From Chlorobiota bacterium (lineage in GTDB: Bacteria; Bacteroidota; Ignavibacteria; Kapaibacteriales; NICIL-2): a stretch of DNA of 64,000 nucleotides. The position numbers and the translations under genes are program-made. The notes under the pieces are model-generated. The model made no database searches. It was not told the origin of the DNA and was given only the letters and a program-made list of their open reading frames with translations. The stretch is taken from NCBI GenBank assembly GCA_044228285.1, contig JBGAVD010000005.1, forward strand, positions 193,648 to 257,647, read 5' to 3'. Of this stretch, positions 37,281 to 47,800 are shown one piece after another. The number at the start of each line of letters is the position of its first letter. The stretch's first letter is position 1.

Positions 37281-37559
37281 TTCGACTCCTACAGTGTTAG
37301 TAAACAAAAGACCAAATCGTCTGCTTAACTTAGCTAATGTTTGCCTTCGTTGTACTCGGGAGTTTTCAACCCATTTGTTGTCAACGGGAGTAGCGTAGCT
37401 ATTGTCCTATCAAAGCTCGGCGCAAAGACGGTCTGGCTCTATACCCTTCAGCAGTCCTTCGCTGCTATCAGAGTCCGCGACCATGCGAATGAGTCAATTG
37501 TTTTTCCAAGAGTCTGTAAATTGAAGCTCTTTCAGCAATGATCAACTCCAACTACCACT

Positions 37560-38057
37560 ATGACTACTTTTTTACAGCATACCTTTCTTGGCATATTTTC
37601 TCGTCTGATAGTTGGCTACGTATTTGTCTCTTATGGGATTGAGAAGATTTTTACACCCAAGGACTTTGCTCATAGCATAATGAACTATGAAATGATGCCT
37701 CATTCGTGGGTCAACATCGCGGCATTGATCATGCCTTGGGTGGAAGTTTTTGCCGGAGCGATGTTGATTCTAGGCCTGCGCCTGCGTGCAGCATCCTTTA
37801 TTAGCTCAATGATGTTAGTCATGTTCATCATGGCTATAGGGGTAGCAATGGGACGCGGTTTAGAGATTAACTGCGGTTGTTCAGCGCATCCTGAACCCGT
37901 AGGATTTCCGAAAATTTTGGAGGATTTGGGCTTTTTGGTATTATCCTTGCTTGTGTATTTGTTTCCAAACAGCACTTTGACCCTTGATGCGTACATCCAA
38001 CGGCAGAGAGCGATACCAGAACCAACGCAAACTGAGGAAGCGGTCAGACCTGCATGA
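37560..38057 (+). CDS. DoxX/MauE-family membrane protein
   Basis: 165 aa, four predicted TM helices, DoxX-like N-terminus (FLGIFSRLIVGYVFVSYGIEKIF). Its stop overlaps the next start (ATGA). Confidence 0.55.
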   Translation: MTTFLQHTFLGIFSRLIVGYVFVSYGIEKIFTPKDFAHSIMNYEMMPHSWVNIAALIMPWVEVFAGAMLILGLRLRAASFISSMMLVMFIMAIGVAMGRGLEINCGCSAHPEPVGFPKILEDLGFLVLSLLVYLFPNSTLTLDAYIQRQRAIPEPTQTEEAVRPA

Positions 38058-39901
38058 GCATGAACAAACCCTTATCGTTTAAGGAAAGACTCCAACAAGG
38101 GGTTGTTGTCGCGGATGGTTCGGTGCAAGCTGAGCTTGTTCGCCGTGGACTCAATGAGTTCCCACCTGATGTGTACAATTTGAAGAATCCTGTCGTGGTT
38201 GAGGAGATTCATCGTCTCTTTGTCGATGCCGGGGCTGAGCTAGTGCAAACAAATACCCGTTTCGCAAATCGCTTTGCGTTGGCATCAGCAAGTCTTTCAG
38301 ATAAAGTGTACGAGATCAATCGTAAAGGTGTGTGGATTGCTCGCACTATTGCATTGCACCGTGCATACGTTGCTGGTGTGATTGGACCCACAGGGAAGAT
38401 TCTCGCACCAGTTGGTACGCTTAGTCGCGAGATGGCCCATCAGGCCTTTGTCGAGCAGATCGTTGCACTCATTGATGGTGGAGCCGATGTCCTGATGTTT
38501 AAGTCGTTCATCGACATCGACGAGCTCGAGATTGCCCTTGCAGCTGCTCGATTCGTTAAGGCAGAGATTCCGGTGATTGCTCTGAAAACCTTTCCAGAAG
38601 ATGGTTCCGTCCTAGCAACGCATTATCCTCGAGAGGTAGCAGAGCGTTTGGCAAAACACGATGTGATTGCTCTGGGCTCGAATGGTACTGTTGGACCACA
38701 GAGAATGGTCTCGATCATGCAAGCAATAGGAGACTGCGGTACTCCGCTTTGCGCGTTGCCAGATATCGGTATCCCAACCATGGTAAAAGGGAGACCAGTC
38801 TATCATGCTGATCCAGCGTACGTTTCTGAAGTAGCCGTTCGTTTGGTTGAACAAGGAGTTTCGATCATTGGCGCTGATGGTGGAGCAACGTACGAGCACA
38901 TTAAAGCGATCTCAGAAGCAACGCGAAACGTTGTCGTAGGATCAAAGCATGTGGCTCACAAGCTTGTTGAAGAGCATGAGAAGTCTGGAGACACTGCAGA
39001 CACTCGTTCCGCTTTTGGAAAGAATATTTCCAAGAAGTTTTTGTGGACTGTAGAGCTCGATATACCTAGGGGAACCGATATTGAAGGATTAGTAGAAGCC
39101 GCAAAGTATCTGCAGCAGCACAACTTCGATGCGGTAAACATAAGTGATGGTGCGCGTGCGCGGTTGCGAATGAATCCAGTTGCAATCTCTCATGCAATAC
39201 AGCAACAAAGCGGCATGGAGTGCATCACGCATATTGCTTGTCGGGATAGGAATATGGTTGCTCTGCAAAGTGATATGCTGGCGGCACATTCGCTTGGCAT
39301 TCGTAACATTCTTGCTGTGACCGGTGACCCGGCACATATTGGTGACTTTCCTTTGGCCACAAGTGTCTATGACATCGACTCCATTGGCTTGATCCGTACC
39401 TTGTCGCGTATGAATGGAGGCCGAGATCTTAGTGGTAACAGTCTGCGCACTCGAACACAGTTCAGTATCTGCTGTGCAGTAAATCCAGTGGCTGAAGACC
39501 TAGATCATGAGATTGCGCGACTTGCACAAAAAGCTGCAGAAGGTTGTGAAGTGGCATTCTCTCAACCTATGTTCGAATTGGACCTTGTAGAGCGCTTTCG
39601 AGAGCGTAGTGCGCATATCCCAATCCGCTTCATGGTTGGCGTTATTCCTTTGCGTACAGTACGTCATGCGGAGTTCTTACATTATGAAGTTCCTGGTATG
39701 ACGGTACCAGCAGCTATACGCGAGCGCATGCGTGCAGCTGGTCCTGCCACAGAGGCTGCATCCAAGGAGGGGGTTGCAATCGCCGTCGAGTTTCTACAAG
39801 CCGCATCCAAACTTGCGGATGGTGCATACCTTATGCCTCCTTTCAAAAAGTATGAAATGGCAGTAGAGATAATGCAACGTGTTCAAGTGACTGAACATTA
39901 A
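38054..39901 (+). CDS. yitJ: Bifunctional homocysteine S-methyltransferase / 5,10-methylenetetrahydrofolate reductase (YitJ-like)
   Basis: The N-terminal Hcy-binding (Pfam S-methyl_trans) region VVADGSVQAEL...NPVVVEEIHRLFVDAGAELVQTNT plus a C-terminal MetF-like TIM-barrel region. The 615-aa length matches B. subtilis YitJ architecture. Confidence 0.75.
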   Translation: MSMNKPLSFKERLQQGVVVADGSVQAELVRRGLNEFPPDVYNLKNPVVVEEIHRLFVDAGAELVQTNTRFANRFALASASLSDKVYEINRKGVWIARTIALHRAYVAGVIGPTGKILAPVGTLSREMAHQAFVEQIVALIDGGADVLMFKSFIDIDELEIALAAARFVKAEIPVIALKTFPEDGSVLATHYPREVAERLAKHDVIALGSNGTVGPQRMVSIMQAIGDCGTPLCALPDIGIPTMVKGRPVYHADPAYVSEVAVRLVEQGVSIIGADGGATYEHIKAISEATRNVVVGSKHVAHKLVEEHEKSGDTADTRSAFGKNISKKFLWTVELDIPRGTDIEGLVEAAKYLQQHNFDAVNISDGARARLRMNPVAISHAIQQQSGMECITHIACRDRNMVALQSDMLAAHSLGIRNILAVTGDPAHIGDFPLATSVYDIDSIGLIRTLSRMNGGRDLSGNSLRTRTQFSICCAVNPVAEDLDHEIARLAQKAAEGCEVAFSQPMFELDLVERFRERSAHIPIRFMVGVIPLRTVRHAEFLHYEVPGMTVPAAIRERMRAAGPATEAASKEGVAIAVEFLQAASKLADGAYLMPPFKKYEMAVEIMQRVQVTEH

Positions 39902-40103
39902 TCTTTTCGAAGCCACCAAGGTCTGCCAACATAGTATAGTGCTATGCTCGTCGGTGTATCCGTTTGCCCCTCTGTCTACAGACTACATAGGCATCAACGA
40001 CCTGGCTTGTATCTGTGAGCTATCCAAATTTCTCTCTGAATTGAGCACTTCTCCTGCGTAGATTTGTCCGAAGTACCAATCACTTTTACTTAAGGGGATC
40101 ACA

Positions 40104-40721
40104 ATGGATGAACTGAATGTACCTTCTTTTATACCACAGTCACCTTCAAACATTACCGTTGAAGAGCGTCGTGTAGGATTTGGCCGACGTTTTGGAGCGA
40201 TGTTTCTCGACTTTCTCATTACCATGATTGTATCGGTAGTACTGTATTTCACAATTGGTGATATGGTTCGTGCTATCGGAGAAGAAGCAATAAACGCAAG
40301 TATGGCTCAGCAAGGACAAAGTCTGGAAGATTTACCTGGAGAGATGGGTGGTTGGGTTTCTGCGATGGGCGCTTTTACTGCCTTGTCAACGATATCTGGC
40401 CTTCTTCTTAGCCTTGTTGAGTTGTTTGCAGGAGCTACCTTAGGAAAGATGCTGTTGAGTATTCAGATAGCCCATCCGGACGGTCGCAAAGGAAACATAG
40501 CTTTGTGGTTTAAACGATGGTTGGTTAAGGAGAGTTATGCAGTGCTATCTGCACTCGGCTTTTTCTTGATGATTCCGATCCTGAGCACCATATCACAGGG
40601 CATAGGTTTTATTTACCTAGCAGGATGTTTCTTTGCGCTAAGCTCCAAAAAACAAGCGCTGCACGATATCATTGCATCGACTGCTGTGTTCCGTAACGAA
40701 GACATCGTTAACGAAATCTGA
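40104..40721 (+). CDS. RDD-family membrane protein
   Basis: GFGRRFGAMFLDFLITMIV motif near the N-terminus and three TM helices. Confidence 0.5.
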   Translation: MDELNVPSFIPQSPSNITVEERRVGFGRRFGAMFLDFLITMIVSVVLYFTIGDMVRAIGEEAINASMAQQGQSLEDLPGEMGGWVSAMGAFTALSTISGLLLSLVELFAGATLGKMLLSIQIAHPDGRKGNIALWFKRWLVKESYAVLSALGFFLMIPILSTISQGIGFIYLAGCFFALSSKKQALHDIIASTAVFRNEDIVNEI

Positions 40722-40855
40722 GCTCCGATTCCTGTTGGACCAACCGCATCATGCCAATGTGCGTACAAGCTTTCGAGCTTTGATGTTCTGAGCTGGAGCT
40801 GGACCTATACTCTTTTGTTTGAAACGATCTATTCACTATTGACGGCTTTACAGAT

Positions 40856-41941
40856 ATGGCTTCAGAAGTGTATTACGGCTCATACTTGCAACTCGACAAA
40901 ATTCTCAAGGCGCAAGAATTGGAAAGTGCGAAACATGGCACTCCTGCACACGATGAGATGCTGTTCATCGTAGTCCATCAAGCGTTCGAGCTGTGGTTTA
41001 AGCAAGTTCTTCATGAGTTAAAAGACGTGATTGGCACATTAGCTAAAGACTATGTACCAGAGGCGGAAGTAGGGAAGTGCTTGGCAAGAGTACAGCGAGT
41101 CAATCGCATTCTCTCTATGCTTCCTGAGCAGTTCAGTATACTCGAAACCATGACCCCGCGAGGGTTTATGGAGTTTCGTGACTATCTCAATCCCGCATCC
41201 GGCTTTCAGTCATGGCAGTTTCGTTTGTTCGAGATTAGCTTCGGTGTTGACGAAGCAAAGCGTTTGCAACTTGATCGAAAAGGCTATGTTTCCCGCCTCA
41301 GTGAGGAACATCAACAAGAAGTACGTGATGCCCAGGCGCAGAACTCTTTGTTCACTGTACTCGAACGTTGGTTAGAGAAAATGCCATTTATGGAAACGAA
41401 GGACTACGCATTCTGGGACGACTACAGAAACGCAGTACAAAGCATCTTTGAACATGATCGAAGAGAATTGCGGAAGGTAAGCTCATTGACCTCTGAGCAA
41501 GTTGAGCACCAAGAGCGACAAATAGCCTTACTAGAAGCGAATTTCAAAGCGCTATTTGATGAGACGCTCTTCAACGAACTGCGTGCGAAGTCCGAGAAAA
41601 GGCTATCGCAGAGAGCGACACTTGCGGCACTCTTCATCTCCGTATATGCAGATTATCCTCTTCTCCAAACCCCGTACCGATTGCTTGATGCGGTACTTGA
41701 GATGGACAAGCTCATAGGAGTGTTTCGTTTCCGTCATACGACGATGGTTTCCCGAATGATCGGACAGAGAACCGGTACCGGAGGTTCGAGTGGTGCAGAT
41801 TACCTCATGAAAACTGTAACACAACATCGCGTCTTCACCGATATCGCAGCACTCAGTAGTTACTTACTCGCACCTGCTCAGGTTCCAGTGCTTCCTGAGG
41901 AAGTTGTACGACAGCTACAATTTGCCGTAGAGTTGCGGTAG
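40856..41941 (+). CDS. kynA: Tryptophan 2,3-dioxygenase
   Basis: YGSYLQLDKILKAQEL...HDEMLFIVVHQAFELWFKQVLHEL and C-terminal GTGGSSGADYL motifs. 361 aa, which is the longer form. Confidence 0.8.
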   Translation: MASEVYYGSYLQLDKILKAQELESAKHGTPAHDEMLFIVVHQAFELWFKQVLHELKDVIGTLAKDYVPEAEVGKCLARVQRVNRILSMLPEQFSILETMTPRGFMEFRDYLNPASGFQSWQFRLFEISFGVDEAKRLQLDRKGYVSRLSEEHQQEVRDAQAQNSLFTVLERWLEKMPFMETKDYAFWDDYRNAVQSIFEHDRRELRKVSSLTSEQVEHQERQIALLEANFKALFDETLFNELRAKSEKRLSQRATLAALFISVYADYPLLQTPYRLLDAVLEMDKLIGVFRFRHTTMVSRMIGQRTGTGGSSGADYLMKTVTQHRVFTDIAALSSYLLAPAQVPVLPEEVVRQLQFAVELR

Positions 41942-42189
41942 AGTTGCGGTGGTATTCCTAGTTCAGAAAAGGAGTCCTGTATTCTACTCTGTGATACGCT
42001 TGGTCTGAGCTACAAACGCTGGTGCTCACATATATCGACAAGCGAAAGAGGTCACGGACATCTGCGGCATCTTCGTTCACTATGCTCAGTGCGTCTGCTA
42101 TCCAATACCTACCTCTTTCATGCGTCAGTTATGTGCGATTCGTAGGTCTTCCTTATGAAAGATCTTCGCTTTGAGCCTCAATCTTTCAC

Positions 42190-42882
42190 ATGCGAATACT
42201 GGTTTACAAGTCTATGAACCAAAACTCTGTTATCTACAACGTCAGACGCTCTCTTCTGGCTACACTGAGCAGCCTTCTTGTTGTATCCTGCACTCAGAGT
42301 GCAGAAGCGGGGACTGAGCTACGTCTCGGTGGTAGCTTGCCTTTTACAACCATTGTGTTTAGTGAGCATCAGAACTTTGGTGTGGGTACTGGAATGGATC
42401 TTTTCATGGACATTCAGAAAGATCCAGAATCATCGTACTTCATCTCAGTTCTCCACAACAGCATCTCTGGGAGCCCTGCTCTGTTGCCAAACTCAACAGA
42501 GATTTCGCAAACACCGCATGTAAGTGACTGGGGTTTTAGCGTTGGTTCTGCTTACTACCCAATACAACGTAAAGATGTTGTCAGTCCAGTTTTCGCAGCT
42601 GAGTTTGGGCTGCGTTTCGTTTCGGAGACTATTGAGAGATACGATAGGCTGACGCAAACAACAGAGCAGTCGGTAAATCAAATTCTCTTCAACTGTATCA
42701 ATGTTTCTGCTGGTGCAGAGTTTCAAGTTGACTCGAAATTGTCATTGCAGTCAAAAGTGCGAATGAACATCAATATGCCGGCTACAGACCCTCGGGCACT
42801 TTCGTTTGTGTTTAGTCCCTCAGCCTTCAACTACCTACAGCTCCAATTCCTTCTTAGCGCTCAGTATCGTCTTACGAAGTAG
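42190..42882 (+). CDS. Hypothetical secreted / outer-membrane beta-barrel-like protein
   Basis: Signal peptide (LLATLSSLLVVSCTQSAEA) and alternating hydrophobic beta-strand-like segments. No family recognised. Confidence 0.35.
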   Translation: MRILVYKSMNQNSVIYNVRRSLLATLSSLLVVSCTQSAEAGTELRLGGSLPFTTIVFSEHQNFGVGTGMDLFMDIQKDPESSYFISVLHNSISGSPALLPNSTEISQTPHVSDWGFSVGSAYYPIQRKDVVSPVFAAEFGLRFVSETIERYDRLTQTTEQSVNQILFNCINVSAGAEFQVDSKLSLQSKVRMNINMPATDPRALSFVFSPSAFNYLQLQFLLSAQYRLTK

Positions 42883-43007
42883 TAGGCTACACTCGATGTA
42901 CAAAATGAGTCAGTGATCACAATCTTGACCTGTTGTTGTAGCCATTGCGCAAGCTGGCGTCTACGTTCGCTATCTTTCAGCCTGGCTTTCACTACTGTGT
43001 CTGGCAG

Positions 43008-43043
43008 AAAAAAAAAGCGGCTAGATTGTAGATCTAACCGCTC
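43008..43043 (-). terminator. Terminator hairpin for pepA (- strand)
   Basis: gcggctagat/atctaaccgc imperfect inverted repeat preceded on the + strand by A9 (T9 after the stem on -). Confidence 0.5.
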
Positions 43044-43074
43044 CTGAAATCTTAGCAAGGGGCTACAGAAAGTA

Positions 43075-44556
43075 CTACCAGTTTCGAAGCATATCAACAA
43101 AGAGGCGTACTCCAACACCGCTTCCACCCTTTGGAGTATAAGGACCATCTTTAGGTGCAATTCCTGTTCCTGCGATGTCTAAGTGGGCCCATGGATAATC
43201 ACCAATGAACTTCTTCAAGAACAGAGCTGCTGTGATTGAGCCAGCAGGGCGTCCACCAGAGTTCTTGACATCAGCAACATCACTCTTAATCTGCTCCTCA
43301 TACTCTTCGTACAGCGGCAGTTCGCATACATACTCGCTTGTATTTGCGGATGCATTTTTGATACGTGTTTTCAACGCATCATCTGTTCCCATGAGGCCAG
43401 AGGTAACGCTACCCAAAGCTATCACACATGCACCGGTAAGAGTAGCAATGTCGACAACAGCCTGTGGCTTATAGCGATCAGCGTAGGTCAACGCATCGGC
43501 AAGTACGAGACGTCCTTCAGCATCTGTGTTGTCAATCTCAGAGGTAACTCCATTCATGTGCGTGATAACATCACCTGGAACATAAGCGCTACCACTTGGC
43601 ATATTTTCCGTTGATGGAACTAGGCAAACAAGATTAATTGGAAGCTTGAGTTTTGCGACCGCATACATTGCGCCAATCACACTTGCAGAGCCATGCATAT
43701 CGAGCTTCATTTCCATCATTCCAGCACCTGGTTTGATCGAGATACCGCCGGTATCGAAAGTGATACCTTTGCCAACGAGTACTACTGGCTTGTCACTCTT
43801 TTTACCACCGAAATACTCCATAACGATGAACACTGGAGGACGTACACTTCCTTGGTTCACCGCCAACAAACCGCCCATTTTGAGAGATTCAATTTTCTTC
43901 TTGTTGAACACCTCAACTTTGAAACCAGCAGCTTTGCCAGCCTTTTTAGCACGCTCACCCAATGCCTCAGGATAGATCTCGTTGTTTGGTGCATTTGCCA
44001 AATCACGGGTCAAATAGACGCCTTCGCACAGCGTAGTAGCGAAGCTAATGCCAGACTCAATCGCGCGTTGATCAGACTTTGGACCGCTGATGACAACACT
44101 TTCAATACGTGAGCTTGTTGGATTCAGAGTGAAGTACTTATCAAACTTATATACACCCAGTACTGCACCTTCGATGATAGCTTCAGCAATACTGCCGCTA
44201 TTCAGAGAAGTGCCCGTCGGGAACTCGCAGCACAATTCTTTCACCTTCAATGACTGCGCCATACGTGCAGCTTTTGAGGTTGAACGGCGAATCTGCTCTG
44301 TACTCAATGATGCAATTTTTCCCAAGCCTACTAACAAAACTCTCTTCGTAGTCTTTGCTTTGCCAGCATAACACACAACAACGCTTCCTTTTGCACCTGT
44401 GAAGTCACCACTATCAAGAACACCAAGTGCTGAAGGGAAGGTCTCCGAAACATCTTTTTTCTTTGCCTGAAACAGAGAAGCGTCTTCAAAAAAATAAAGA
44501 ACTATTCCGTCGGCTTTTTGCGAGCCAACGGCTGCGCTAACAAATTGGGTTTTCAT
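43075..44556 (-). CDS. pepA: Leucyl aminopeptidase (M17 family)
   Basis: NTDAEGRLVLADAL signature and a VVDIATLTGA metal-binding region. 493 aa. Confidence 0.9.
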   Translation of the reverse strand: MKTQFVSAAVGSQKADGIVLYFFEDASLFQAKKKDVSETFPSALGVLDSGDFTGAKGSVVVCYAGKAKTTKRVLLVGLGKIASLSTEQIRRSTSKAARMAQSLKVKELCCEFPTGTSLNSGSIAEAIIEGAVLGVYKFDKYFTLNPTSSRIESVVISGPKSDQRAIESGISFATTLCEGVYLTRDLANAPNNEIYPEALGERAKKAGKAAGFKVEVFNKKKIESLKMGGLLAVNQGSVRPPVFIVMEYFGGKKSDKPVVLVGKGITFDTGGISIKPGAGMMEMKLDMHGSASVIGAMYAVAKLKLPINLVCLVPSTENMPSGSAYVPGDVITHMNGVTSEIDNTDAEGRLVLADALTYADRYKPQAVVDIATLTGACVIALGSVTSGLMGTDDALKTRIKNASANTSEYVCELPLYEEYEEQIKSDVADVKNSGGRPAGSITAALFLKKFIGDYPWAHLDIAGTGIAPKDGPYTPKGGSGVGVRLFVDMLRNW

Positions 44557-44842
44557 CCGATTACGTTACAGTAAGGTTAGTAAAAGTCAAGTCGGCAAAA
44601 TTACAAGATATACGGCAATGTGTGGACCGAAATCATCTGCTTGATATCAGCCCACAGAAGATTTTGGAAGAACTCGAGTAGCTAGCATTAGTTCACCATC
44701 AGTTAAATACGACTGAATTGTCTGATACAGAGTGCCGAGAATCCAACAAGGCTGCGGCCTGCACGTCAACACGATGATGAGCTACGCAATTCATTCCTTG
44801 CGTAGTTTCGCAGCATTCACTTACAAAACCAATGCACTTCCT

Positions 44843-47800
44843 ATGAATCCAAACGACGTTTATGTCGAGGACAATTACTATCTCTTCCTTCGCGATCCGA
44901 ATTCAGTTTCAGCCGAATGGCAGGCATACTTTCGAGCTGGCAACGTTCCTGCTTCTTACCAACAGCCTACAATGCAAAGTGCTATGACTTCTCCCATGGT
45001 AGGAAGTCGTGGAAGCATTGAGAGCAGTACAGTTCTTTCATCGGTCTCACCCTCGTCCACAGACCAAAGTTCGAGTACAAATGGAACACTGCAGAAAACG
45101 GCTGCCGTGGCAAAACCTCATATGTATGAAGGTGATTCTCTTCAGATTCTTGGTGGGGTTGCGGAGAAAGTTGCTCAGAACATGATGCAGTCTCTCAGTA
45201 TACCAACGGCAACATCTGTTCGCACGGTTCCCGTGAAAGTGCTTGAGGAGAACCGCCGACTAATTGTGAAGTTTCTTACGAAGCAGCGTCGTCCAAAAAT
45301 CAGTTACACCCACCTTATCGCTTGGGCAATCGTCAAAAGCTTATTGAAGTTTCCAAACCTCAACGATTCATGTTTTGTGGACGAGAGTGGAGTAGTTCAC
45401 CGAGTAAAACGTGGACACATCCATCTCGGTCTTGCGGTTGACACTACGCGCAAAGATGGTACTCGCACTCTCGTAGTGCCAAGTATTAAAGATGCCCAAG
45501 CGCTCAGCTTCGCTGAGTTTATACAGAAGTATGATGAACTCATCCTGAAGGCAAGAACAAACAAGCTTAGCATTGATGATCTCAGCGGAGCCAGTGTTTC
45601 ACTGACGAACCCAGGTGGAATCGGCACAGAAATGTCGATGCCAAGATTGATGCAGGGTCAGGGTCTGATTATCGCCACGGGTGCGATCGACTATCCGCCT
45701 GAGTTTCAAGCCATGATGCCCGATGTGAGATCCACTTTGGCATTAAGTAAGGTTATGACCTTAACAAGTACATATGATCATCGTGTGATACAGGGTGCTG
45801 AGTCTGGTGAGTTTTTGCAGCACATGCAACGCTTATTGCTGGGCGAGTTTAGTTTTTACGAACAGATATTCGCTTCTCTGCACATACATCATGAGCCAGT
45901 AAGCTGGTCAACAGACAAACGTTTGAATCCGTTTGGACCGCAGAACGAGTTTGAAAGTGTTGATAAAGAAGCGAAGGTTCTGCAAATGATCAATGCCTAT
46001 CGTGTTCGTGGACACTTGATGGCAAACATTAACCCTCTGGGAATGGAGGCATACTACTACCCTGAGTTGCAGCCTTCGTACTATGGATTCACAGTCTGGG
46101 ATCTTGATCGCGAGTTTGATACAGGCGGTCTTGGTGGCATTAAGCGAGCTACCTTACGCGACATCATAGACCTCCTTCGTGACACGTATTGCGAGGAGAT
46201 CGGTGTTGAATACATGCACATACAATCACCAGAGAAGAAATTCTGGGTGCAGAATCGAGCTGAGCAAACTCGAAACACGAAACTGTTTTCTCCAGAAGAG
46301 AAGAAAGTGATCTATCGTAAGATCATGCAAGCAGAAGCATTTGAGAATTACATCAACACGAAGTTCATTGGAATGAAGCGTTTCTCCGTTGAAGGTGGAG
46401 AAGCTGTATTACCTATAGTCGAGAGTATTTTCAAAAGCGCCTCGCACCAACAACTCCATGGGGTGGTACTTGGCATGGCTCATAGAGGTCGTCTGAATAT
46501 TCTCGCGAACCTGATGGGTAAGAAGTTAGAGAAGATATTCAACGAGTTTGAAGGCGTGATTGATGCCACTACCGTACAAGGTAGTGGAGACGTGAAGTAC
46601 CATCTTGGCTCACGTGGGGTTTACCAGTCCGAAAGTGGATCAACTGTAGAAGTATTCCTTGTTCCAAATCCTTCTCACCTTGAAGCGGCAGACCCTGTTG
46701 TGGAAGGCACTGCTCGTGCATGGTGCGATGAGATTGGTGATCGCTCATATACGTCTGTTCTTCCTGTGCTCATCCACGGAGATGCCGCCTTCATGGGACA
46801 GGGTGTGGTTCCTGAGACAATGAATCTAGCAAACCTCCGTGGCTACAAGACTGGTGGAACTATACATATTATCATCAACAATCAAGTAGGCTTTACTACA
46901 AATCCTGAAGATTCACGTTCAACAGGATATGCTAGTGATATGGCGAAGTTTCTCCAAGTTCCTATCCTCCATGTGAATGGTGATTCCCCGGAAGCGTGCA
47001 TAACGGCAACGCAATTTGCGTTTGAGTACCGCAATCTCTTCCACGAAGATGTTGTCATAGATATGTACTGCTATCGGAAGTACGGACACAATGAAGGGGA
47101 TGATCCAACCACTACTCAGCCTTTGCTGTACAAAAAGATCAAGCGAGAGCTATCCGTTAGAGCTAAATATCGCTCTCGAATCATCGACGAAAAGGTAGTA
47201 GATGCGCAAGAAGCAGATGCTATTGGCGCTGCCTATGCGGAGATCCTGAACACAGCATTCGATGCCAGGGCATCGGTGCAAACTGCACAACCAGAACAAT
47301 ACGTTCCTCTATCGCAGACACTGCACGAGCGAGCACTCCATAGTGCTGGCGACAAACTCTTTCTTCCGGTGGCGACTAATGTGGACGAAACACGTTTGGT
47401 AGAGATTGGAAAAGCACTTAGCACTGTCCCACCAACATTTCATGTGCACCCAAAAGTGGCAGACGAACTGGCTCGACGGAAGAAACAGATCGAAACGGAT
47501 AATCATGCGATCTCATGGGGCATGGCTGAAGCACTTGCCTTCGGTAGTTTGTTGATAGAAGGTCACCCTGTACGTCTTAGTGGTCAAGACGCGGGAAGAG
47601 GCACTTTCAATCACCGACAGGCGATTCTCCTCGATGTTGAGAATCAAACAGAGTACATTCCACTCAATCATCTTCAAGAAGGTCAACGTTCTTTTCACAT
47701 TTTCAACTCGCCGCTTTCTGAATACGCTGTACTTGGCTTTGAGTACGGTTATAGTGTTGTTAGGAGCTCTGGTTTAACGATCTGGGAAGCTCAGTTTGGT

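Noticed and set aside
37308-37559. Possible SAM riboswitch upstream of the DoxX-yitJ pair.
   Set aside because: No match to SAM-I/SAM-II core consensus by eye. Only short generic hairpins.
40856-41941. Considered calling an insertion in tryptophan 2,3-dioxygenase (361 aa versus ~280-300 aa for many bacterial TDOs).
   Set aside because: The extra length corresponds to a region that is also present in long-form (eukaryote-like) TDOs. Without an alignment I cannot show it is lineage-specific.
41927-41948. Perfect 11-bp tandem duplication (gtagagttgcg x2) at the 3' end of kynA. The second copy creates the TAG stop.
   Set aside because: This is real in the sequence. However, without the duplication the frame would end only 3 codons later (VELRWYS*), so the functional consequence is negligible. 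It is most likely a slipped-strand artefact or neutral polymorphism.
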